NCBI GenBank assembly: GCA_951406725.2
Contig: OX597816.1
Span: forward strand, 65,596,001 to 65,660,000
DNA length: 64,000 nucleotides
Direction of reading: 5' to 3'
Origin: Octopus vulgaris
Lineage: Eukaryota
The translations under genes were made by a program, and so were the position numbers. The notes below the pieces were generated by a model. The model did no database searches. It was not told the DNA's origin and saw only the letters and a list, made by a program, of their open reading frames with translations. Positions 54,266 to 64,000 of this stretch are shown here, one piece after another (the stretch's first letter is position 1; each line of letters begins with the position of its first letter).

Positions 54266-55067
54266 TTTCCAAAAGGGCATGAACTAAAACTCTATCAAAC
54301 GAAAAGGTTTTTATTAGATATGTAACATTGATGTGAAGTATGATATCTAACGTAAGATATGATAGCAAATTATACATTTCCTTTAGATATCCTGAGGGTT
54401 TTTTTCAACTGTACCCATTTATCCTTTCGAACATGTGTTTAATGAAAAGATAAATTCATTCTTGTGTTACAAAGTGAATGCTTGCGTTCGTACAGTTTTC
54501 TAATGCACTGAAATCACAATATGTGAAGTGAGATGACTTTTTAGGAAGAAGTGGAATCAAATCTTTGAATCAGACCAGTAAAATCGGAGCACTACTCAAC
54601 AATACTCACCTATCGTAAAGACATCTGTCATTTGCCAGTTAAATAGCCTGTTATATTTTCTCTGAGAGTGGGAATGCTGCTCTCACATCTTGGACGATGA
54701 TGTCCAAGAGGAACGCATAAACCGGTTGAGAGTAGGGTTAGTATCGTCGCAGGTGAGATCAGAATGTAAAAAAAGAGGAAGGGAAGAAATACCACGAGGC
54801 ATTTTGTCCAAAGTTCGGATCTTTGTGGTTTTCGTCACTGTTTACAATTATCATTAAACGTACTTTTTAATGTATCATATAAGATGTAATTTTTTACGAT
54901 GAATCCGAATTTGTTATTCATCTATTCTAGAAGAATTTTGCAAAAATGTTACAGGTGTTCAAAGTTTGATCATTTTCAGAATTTTCAGCCAATCAGAAAA
55001 CAGCGCGTTCGCCTCTTTCATCATCGGGGTGGGGGTGGCATCGAGCTAAAGTAAACTGAAAAACATG

Positions 55068-55470
55068 AAAACATTCGCGAGCAAATTAAATATTTAAAAG
55101 CTACGAACAAAGCAACAGGAGTTGCTAGAAATAACAATCAAAACATTAAAATATACACGAGCAAAGTTAACATTGAAGTATTTGCAAGCAAATTACATAT
55201 TTAAAAATTACGAACTAACCAACAGGAGTTGTTAGAAATAGCAGTCAAAATATTAAAATGTACACGAGCAATGTTAACAATAAAACATTAGCGAACAAGT
55301 TAACTATTTAAAAGCTACACACAAACCAACAGGAATTGCTAAAAATAACAGTCAAAACATTAAAATATACACGATCAAAGTAAACAGTGAAGAACATTCG
55401 CGAGTAAATTAAATATTTAAAAGATACGAGCAAACCAACAGGAGTTGCTACAAACAACAGTCAAAACATT
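55068..55470. repeat. ~107-bp minisatellite, ~3.7 units
   Basis: aaacattcgcgagcaaattaaatatttaaaagctacgaac..caacaggagttgctagaaataacagtcaaaacattaaaatatacacgagc repeated. Confidence 0.88.
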
Positions 55471-56556
55471 GCTTTAAACAAACCTTTATTAGCTAAACAA
55501 TTTCAAGAACGAAAGTTTGCACTACACTCTAGGATTTTATAAAATAAATTATCTTTCTTATATCTCCTTCTCCACATAAATTCACAAAGATAAGAGTCAA
55601 CCATAGAACGGTATGTCCCACGCCGGCGTTTGTTTCAAGGCTTTAAAGATGCTCGGGTACTCTCGATGTGTTGATTACACTCAATTTGGTGGTGACACTC
55701 CTTGTGCACATGCACAGCTTCTTTGGTTACTATGGAAACAGAGTTCTTCGCCATGGTGATGTGTAAAACACTCTCTTCTAATTGGTTAAAATGCCCAAAT
55801 TTTACAAGTTTTAAAGGCTAATAACTTTTTAATTATGGATTTATAGGGGAAATGAATTTCATTTTCATAGTGTACAAAACTTAATACATATACCAAATTT
55901 GAAAACAACTGCAACACAACTGCAAGCAGTGACGAAAGCAACGCAGATCCCAAAGTTCTAATAATTCACTCAAACTATCACCCTTGACTAGCACTTCATT
56001 TTTATCAACCCTGAAAGGATGAATGGCAAAGCAGAACTCACTAAGCAAACAGCTGTAACAAATACTGCTAGGCATTTTGTCCGGCTTGCGAACGATTCAA
56101 TCAATTCGACGTCAGTCAATTGCTAACGCTAAATAAATCGTTAAAAATGTGTCATCTTTGAATCAATGTTTTAAAAAAAAAGCGCTTATTGTCTGTTATT
56201 TCTGCACTTTGATGAGCATTGTTTTAACTACTGGTGTGTTATATTGTTCTCACAACAGTTTGTAATCTGTTTTCTGCTGTACGCAAGGAAAATAAACTGA
56301 AAAAGTAAACTTGAGACAGTAGTCTCTAAATTGTTTTCGTGTTTTCATTTTCCGCGTAAATTTTTCAAATATATATGTATGTGAAAATGAAATTTTCCCA
56401 AAACTCCTAGAAAAATATTTAACTTTTTCTTGCTGTTCGGTGGAATTCGATATATTTCTTTCTTTCTTTTTTTTTTCTCTATAACTTAGTCAGAAGAACA
56501 ACAGCATCCACCCTCCCGTCCCTCTATAAGTTGTGTGCATGTACGCACGAGTGGAA

Positions 56557-56815
56557 GCGCGTGGCTTAGTGGTTAGGGTGTCAGCATCATGATCGTAAGA
56601 TTGTGGTTTCGATTCCTGGACCGGGCGACGCGTTGTGTTCTTGAGCAAAACAGCAAAACACTTCATTTCACGTTGCTCCAGTTCACTCAGCTGGCAAAAA
56701 TGAGTAACGCTGCGATGGACTGGCGTCCCGTCCAGCTGGGGTAGACATACGCCATTAAAACCGGGAAACCGGGCCCATGACTCTGGTTAGACTTTAAAAG
56801 GGCGCATTTATTTAT
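56557..56815 (+). mobile_element. tRNA-headed SINE (B-related head, different tail)
   Basis: gcgcgtggcttagtggttagggtg...ttcgattcc; gcgatggactggcgtcccgtccag; (ttta)n tail. Confidence 0.75.
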
Positions 56816-57171
56816 TTATTATGTACGCATTACGTGTTTTGCAACCAACGAACAAACAAAATTTAAATCTTCAGAAAAGCTAGTGGCCTCAATTAATGTA
56901 ACAATTAATAAGTACATATAATTACATATAATTTTATAGGATTCGGCTAGCTAATCTATACAATTATATTCGAAGTGCAGGCGCAGGCGTGGCTGTGTGG
57001 TATGAAGCTTGCTTCCAGACCACATGGTTCTGAGTTCAGTCCCACTGCGTGACCCCTTAGGTAAGTGTATTCTACTATAGCCTCGCACCGATCAAAGCCT
57101 TGTGAGCAGATATGGCTAACAGAAAGTGAAAGAACCCCTTCATATATATATATACATACATACATACATAC

Positions 57172-57202
<31 letters not shown>

Positions 57203-58008
57203 TGTATGTATGTATGTATGTATGTATGTATGTATGTATGTATGTATATATATATGTATGTATGTATGTATATATATATGTATGTAAACAGTAAAAATAA
57301 TTACAGACATGGACAAGAACATGAAACACCACAGAGACGACACAAGAACCACAGGACGGGACATTCGAAGCCCTCAGTCATCAGTCAAGAACCAGATCAT
57401 CTTAGCAATTTCGGCTGATTAATCTTGAGATTGCTCCGATTTGGGCAGCCCGCCAAGGGAAATCTAAGCCAAGCGCATTAGATCCCCTGGAAGAAAGCTT
57501 CGAATGTATACAACACGAGGACGGAAAACGAACGAAGTACACGAACAAAAATACAGAATACGTGACACCAATAAGAATACAAAAACGTAAAAACAATAAC
57601 GGTAAAAATAAAAAACAAAACAAAACCAGGACGTAGGACAAGGGTCTTTCGACAGGACGAGTTGAGTTTAGGGCTGGCTTATGAAGTTGTGCCTAATGGC
57701 CGCTGGGAGACGAACAAATACGTGTTGCTTCGGCGACTGCTGGAACGAAAAGAGCGCTCAGCAGTGGCTAGCGGTCACGTGAGAACAAAAGACAGGAGAA
57801 AGGGACAGATGAGAAGAGAGAGAAGGTGGACGAGGGAGGAGAAGAAAGAGACAGATCGAGGGGACTGGAGGTGAGAGAGATAGAGAAACGTATGTATGTA
57901 TATATATATGTATGTATGTATATATATATATATATATATGTATGTATATATATATGTATGTATATATATATATGTATGTATATATATATATGTATGTATA
58001 TATATATG

Positions 58009-58080
<72 letters not shown>

Positions 58081-58110
58081 CATATATATATATACATACA
58101 TATATATATA

Positions 58111-58145
<35 letters not shown>

Positions 58146-58372
58146 ATGTATGGGGGTGTCATTTGAGTCTGTCTCTCTACTATCACTTGACAACCGGTGT
58201 TGATGTGTTGATGTCCCCATAACTTAGTGGTCCGGTAAAGCAGATCGATAGAATAAATACCAGGCTTAACGAAGAAATAAGTATTAGTGTCTGTTAATTC
58301 GAGTAAACACTTTTCAAGGCGGTGCCCCGACATGGGCGCAATCTAATGACTGTAATAAGTAAAAAGATAAAA

Positions 58373-58974
58373 TGCGCTACCGTGCTAAGTGACTGTTCTT
58401 TTTTCACATCATTCCAAGGGTTTTTGTGGGTTGTCCCAATCTGTTTTAGGGAAACGTATACTCTTTACTCTTTTACTCTTTTACTTGTTTCAGTCATTTG
58501 ACTACGGCCATGCTGGAGCACCGCCTTTAGTCGAGCAAATCGACCCCGGGACTTATTCTTTGTAAGCCCAGTACTTATTCTATCGGTCTCTTTTTTGCCG
58601 AACCGCTAAGTGACGGGGACCTAAACACACCAGCATCGGTTGTCAAGCAATGCTAGGGGGACAAACACACATATATATATACATATATACGACAGGCTTC
58701 TTTCAGTTTCCGTCTACCAAATCCACTCACAAGGCATTGGTCGGCCCGGGGCTATAGCAGAAGACACTTGCCCAAGATGCCACGCAGTGGGACTGAACCC
58801 GGAACCATGTGGTTGGTTAGCAAGCTACTTACCACACAGCCACTCCTGCGCCTATGTCAACAGTTTCAAAACAAAGTCAAGTTATTCAGAACTATAAATT
58901 CAAGTGCATCTTCTTCATGCAAATATGCAGCAATGTTTTACTTAGGAACAATTGCATCTTCCAAAAGTTATTAA
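58373..58974 (+). pseudogene. Paralogous 3' fragment (TM7 + C-tail) of the GPCR, split by a SINE
   Basis: ttccaagggtttttgtgggttg matches 54101-54123; 58855-58974 translates CQQFQNKVKLFRTINSSASSSCKYAAMFYLGTIASSKSY* versus CRQFQNKVSFFTNTNSSESSCKHTAISYLGAIKSSKSF*. Confidence 0.88.
58461..58852 (-). mobile_element. SINE family A full-length copy, young-looking
   Basis: Complete head and tail; inserted at gta|tgtc of the GPCR paralog. Confidence 0.92.
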
Positions 58975-59028
58975 TGTCTAACGAATGAGAACTAAAAGGA
59001 ATATGGTTTTTATTAAATAGAAATGAGT

Positions 59029-59510
59029 AGGCGCAATGGCCCAGTGGTTATGGCAGCGGACTTGCGGTCGTAATATCGCGGTTTCGATTCCCAGACCGGG
59101 CATAGCGAAAACACCTAAAGCTCCACGAAGTGGGTGGTGGTGAACCCTGCTGTACTCCTTCACCACCACTTTCTCTCACTCTTTCTTCTTGCTTCTGTTG
59201 TACCTGTATTTTAAAGGGCCAGCCTTGTCACATTCTGTGTCACGCTGAATCTCCCCGAGAACTACGTTAAGGGTACACTTGTCTGTGGAGTACTCAGCCA
59301 CTTGCACGTTAATAAATGAACTGCGACGTCACTGGTGCCAAGCTGTATCAACTTTTGCCTTTCCCTTAGATAACATCAGCGGCGTGGAGGGGGAAGGCCA
59401 GTATGCATGGGCGACCGCTGGTCTTCCATAAACAACCTTGCCCAGACTTGTGCCTCGGAGGGTAATTTACTAGGTGCAATCCCATGGTCATTCATGACCG
59501 AAGGGGGTCA
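59029..59510 (+). mobile_element. SINE family B copy plus a 3' segment shared (inverted) with 38437-38570
   Basis: ggcgcaatggcccagtggtta head; ends tcattcatgaccgaagggggtc. Confidence 0.78.
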
Positions 59511-61223
59511 CAACAAGTCCTCTTACACCGGTGGGTCACATGCAGTATGAACACACATTGCTTTAAAGGAGATGCTCCGACAGCGAATACCAGATTCACT
59601 TTCGAATCTGCCAGAGAGTATTAAAAAACAACAGATACGTTACTGTTTGGGTTCTCACTGTTTTGCGTGCACCCCGTGAATTATTATCTGTTTGGCAGAC
59701 ATCTGCATGCATCAGCTAATAATTTGTTTGCTGATTCCAATAAATAGAAACTCGTGCTCTTGTGAGATTTATTGGTCAGGGATAGCTTCCGCTAAAGAGG
59801 CACATTGCGAGATCGAAACACCGTAGTGTCTCGAAGTTCCGTTAGACCCATGAATAACGTGTTATGGACACACACCACTTTAAGGGTTCTCCAACAGCGA
59901 AGAACAATTGCGATCAGATATTCACGTTCAAATCTATCAGAACGTATTAAGAATGAGTAGATTCTTTATTGTCAAAACTAATAATTATACTAACAATATA
60001 TTCAGTATACAAATACCTCCCTCACTGGGAAAAATTGCGGAATATCAGGTATTCTGCACACACTAACTACTAAAAGTGGAAAGAAACGTCGCTCATAACC
60101 CTCTCCACAGTCCAAGCAAGGTCAATAAGAGCAAGTTTTAGCTAATGTATAGGTACTGGGCCCGGTGAAACAAAGAGAGAGACTCATGAATATCATACAA
60201 GTCTTACCCCAAATACCAAGACTAAAAAAAAAATCACAGCTCCTTCGATTTTAAGAAGAATCGTACTTCCTCTCTGCGGTACGAAAACACTTTTGATCTA
60301 TTTTCCAAAACTTACATTTGAAGACCCTGTCTCTTAGACTAAGGGAAGAAGGATAGAAATTATCCGAAGATTGCAGACCTTGTGTATAATGTCTGCATCA
60401 GAGAAAATTCCGCTAAAGACTCGCTGCAGGAGTATGAGACATTTTGGCATCGCTGATTCAATGCTGACTTATTTGACATCAGACGTTTTGATGTTTCCCT
60501 CGTTTTCAGCCTCATCATCCCTCCTCTATCTCTCTCTCTATCTATCTCTATCTCTCTCTCCCTCTCTGCACTCGCTCACTCTCTTTGTCTCTGTGTGTAT
60601 ATCTCTGCGTGCGCATTCGTATGTGTATTTGACTCCAGCGCCCAAAAGTGCTGTCACCAAAATAGACTTAATGTCCAGTCAGCCGTTTCAAATCGTGTCT
60701 GCCGAAACAGCTGCGCCAAATCATCTCATTCAGACACTGAAGCCAAGTGATGTTAAACTGTATGAGAGGTCATTTCTACCACCTAGGAAGTTTCACACAA
60801 TTAAATTTCATCTACCAAATCAAATTATACTACTCACATAGCTTTAGTCGACCCGAAGTAATGATCAGATACACTTGCCAAGCGGTATCGAACCCGAGAC
60901 CACGAACTTACAAAGTGAAATTTTTTACGATACAACCTTGCCAGTACTCATGCACTGTTTATATTTCCTCAATGGATTTGTTGTTTGCATACGTATTCTT
61001 CAATAAGATTTGAAGAGTGAACAATATTTTTATTGCTATGAATCATGTCCCAGACACGGTTATTATAAAGTTCTATATCTCAGAAACAAGAAGCAATTAC
61101 GATTAAGACTAGAAAATTATCATAATACGTCCACGCACATCAGTGTATACATATATGCATGCATACATTTATACATATGTCTATGTGTATATCTACATGC
61201 ATATGTATATGTACACATATACT

Positions 61224-61281
<58 letters not shown>

Positions 61282-61467
61282 CAGGTTAAATTGCATTATG
61301 CTAAGTGAGTGTTCAGTTACCTTGTATTGAAAATAAATGACGCAGTTAAATATAGCAGAAATAATAGATTTATGTACCTGATTTCATAGAGATAGGGGGA
61401 GAGGAAGAAGGAGAGGAAGAGAGGGGGAGAGGGAGATAGGGAGATAGGGGAAGGGAGAGGAAAGTGA

Positions 61468-61527
<60 letters not shown>

Positions 61528-61770
61528 AATATTTAGTAGTGTAAAATGTAACGTAGTAGCTTTGTCAGCGATGTACAGATACGTTTCCAGTCGTATCAAT
61601 TGGTCTGCTTCTGTTTTCTGCCACAAATTGGTATCAGATATAAAGTGTTGGGGTTCGACACTGGTCGACTAAAATTTGAAGATGGTGCCCGAGTATGCCC
61701 GCAGTTCATTATCTGAAACAAGTAAAACAACAAAAGAATGAATGTGTGCATGTGTGTGTGAGAGAGGGGG

Positions 61771-61857
<87 letters not shown>

Positions 61858-62019
61858 GTTTGATACAAAGGCTTAAGCTGTTTAACTATATACTGCATAT
61901 AAAGCATTTTACAAATACGGCCTAGGACAGGAAAGGAAAAGAGATTTTATTGCGGGAATGTACCAAATGTATAATATATTGTCTACTAGATAATTGCAAT
62001 AACATCAAATATGTTCTGC

Positions 62020-62390
62020 CAATCGTATCTGTTAAATCAGCACTTATATATGTTGGCGTAATTGGGGTTCATTTTAGTGCCCATAGCAACCCCACTGAAT
62101 TACTTGTAAGACTCATCAAAGAAGACGCAAATGAGAACGCGGTTGGTTTCAGCGAGATGGAAGAGGATGGCCCTCCTAAGTAAAATGTGTGTATGACAGT
62201 CTAAGAAGTGTTTAAGGAGTAAGATATGATCGATGTTGGGGATGATTACGTAGTGATTCAACGTCCAAGAAGAAGAGAAATATTTTAGAGTATCAAGGAA
62301 ATGAGCACGAGTTGAAAGTGTTTACGATGTGATATCAAAGCGTAAACAACGGAATGACCAAAATTTGTCGAGTTACCCAATGGAGCAGTT
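62020..62390 (-). pseudogene. Penelope-like reverse transcriptase fragment
   Basis: Manual translation gives LDVESL..IIP and SGVAMGTKMNPNYANIY, matching the GxAMGxxxxPxxAN motif of PLE RTs; frameshifted. Confidence 0.75.
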
Positions 62391-62419
62391 TTCTTTTATC
62401 TTTTAGTTAGGAGGAAAAG

Positions 62420-63300
62420 ACAGCAACCATGACTCGTTATGAGGCCTCTTCTTCTGGATGTCGTAAAATTCCAATGGGGTAATGTTTAATTTATGCCACT
62501 TGTAAAAATTAAGAGATTTAAATCAAAATGGTACTTTTTGGCAAATAGTTCAATCGGATTTTGTAGTACCAGATTGGTCGTCGCCTTGCTATAGTGATGT
62601 CTTTTGACATTGGTAAAGTCCTCTGTCGTCGTGGTTTCAACTTTCTGAAATTAAAGAAGTCCTTTAGATAGGTTCGACAAAGGCCGAACTCAGGACATGG
62701 TGAACTCGCTTAACTTCCCTTGGATAGATGATAAAGTTGAAGCTTCTATTAAGGGTGGGGGTCGCTCAGGGTCCGAGCGAAGTAGATACATTGCGATTGT
62801 GATCGCAGCAGATAAGAGGATGTTAAGTGTGGATGAAGTAAAAGGCTGAAAAATGAGCAGAAGATTGGGGTCGTAGATAGTTTTTGAGGTAGCGATTTTA
62901 TGTTCATCAGTTGAGTAGACTCTATCTCTATTTTTGAAAGGGTTGTTGGTGGAGCAATGGGAGACAGTAGACTGTGTGGCAGGATGTTACGGCAAAGATC
63001 GTCCAACAAGTTGTGCGTAGCTGCAGAAAAAGTCTTTTTGTTTTGAAGAGTAAAATATTATCGATTAGGCATGGTTGTGGTATCTGGTTTGCAGAATATG
63101 GTAAGTAACAGGTTTTTAAAAAAAAGGTAGAATAAAAGAAAATTCGTGATCGTCTTTCGTTGGCAAAGATTGCTTTTGTTGGTAAAGTATTAATTTTTTT
63201 AAGTTTGTGTGATGCTGGGAGAAGAATTTCATCACGTTTCGGATCGAGTCGTTTGCTGGAGGAAGAGAAAAGTTGCTCACGTCTCTCGTCTATCAAAGAA
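62420..63300 (-). mobile_element. Highly decayed LINE-like fragment
   Basis: Non-repetitive coding-like composition with faint RT N-terminal-like segments; no clean motif. Confidence 0.3.
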
Positions 63301-63608
63301 TAATTCTTTCTCATTTTAGTACAAGGCCAGCAATTTTGAGGAAATAGAGAAATCGATTGCATCGACGCCAGTGCTCGACTAGTATTTATTTTAACAACCC
63401 TGAAGGAATAAAAGGCGAAGTCGACTTCGTTGACATTTGAGCTCAGAAATGTGCGGTAACGATTCTGCCGTTTGTTAAGAAAAATCAGTCAAAAACAAAA
63501 TGCACATACATGTACATACATGTGCATATATAGATGCACGTATCTAAGCACCTTAAAGATATTTGTTCGCAATTATTTAACCGGCTTCAGAATTTTAATT
63601 GACAAGAA

Positions 63609-63951
63609 TAATGGTTCTCAACCGGGGTTCATTTGACCCTGGGAATCCATGTATGACTTTTGGGGGTCCACGCAAGCAAAATAATAAATCAGGGATACAC
63701 AGTAGTATTTTAAGGGTCCATTAAAAAAAATTTTACTTTGTACATATTTATTGGAAGAAACGGTTAGGCTTCTTCCTCTAATGTTTTACACAGTTCGACC
63801 TGCACAAGTCAATGTGTGAATAAGAAAATATGAATTTTGAAAGAAACATCTATGTAACTAGTTTTTAAACATTGAATGGCTTTGGAGTCCATTAGAATAG
63901 AATAGCAATCAAAAGGGTTCCTAGATAAAAAAAAATGGTTGAAAACCACTG
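63609..63951. mobile_element. hAT/Charlie-like MITE
   Basis: taatggttctcaacc ... ggttgaaaaccactg imperfect TIR; the 8-bp flanks match only partly. Confidence 0.7.
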
Positions 63952-64000
63952 CTATAGAACATCACCAACCATTCTTTAGGTTAATAACTAATACAGATCT

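Noticed and set aside
57360-57435. Minus-strand CTGATGA and a nearby GAAA
   Set aside because: Wrong order and spacing (GAAT after stem II); no consistent three-stem fold
60371-61330. ORFs of 88-156 aa
   Set aside because: No domain motifs; they overlap CT microsatellite and degenerate SINE sequence

Overview
Repeat-saturated, AT-rich eukaryotic DNA. It is most likely octopus or another cephalopod; this is inferred from the very long (TA)n/(TATG)n/(GATA)n tracts and the tRNA-headed SINE families, not proven. Only one host gene is convincing: a single-exon 721-aa secretin/adhesion/Methuselah-like GPCR (52100-54265, +), followed by a SINE-interrupted paralogous 3' fragment near 58.4-59.0 kb. 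The rest is mobile DNA: a nearly intact CR1-group LINE ORF2 with one frameshift, a decayed RTE LINE with a ~78-bp target-site duplication, L1/Tx1-like ORF1 and ORF2 pieces, an R4/Dong-like tail, a solo LTR, Tc1/mariner, pogo-like and hAT-like MITEs, a cluster of non-autonomous Helitron-like elements and three SINE families. The most interesting signal is not in the ORF track: several sequence-unrelated minimal type I hammerhead ribozyme motifs with palindromic or very short stem III (best at 43400-43475 and 39896-39984; also 36141-36198, 1734-1778/2081-2125 and 8700-8745). They lie in short elements, several with inverted ends or embedded in TA tracts, and one is a ~347-nt tandem repeat. Penelope-like GIY-YIG and RT relics occur in the same window, suggesting a Penelope/retrozyme-like system. 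A >1.2-kb near-identical inverted duplication brackets the first 8 kb. All alignments and folds were done by eye, and many boundaries are approximate.
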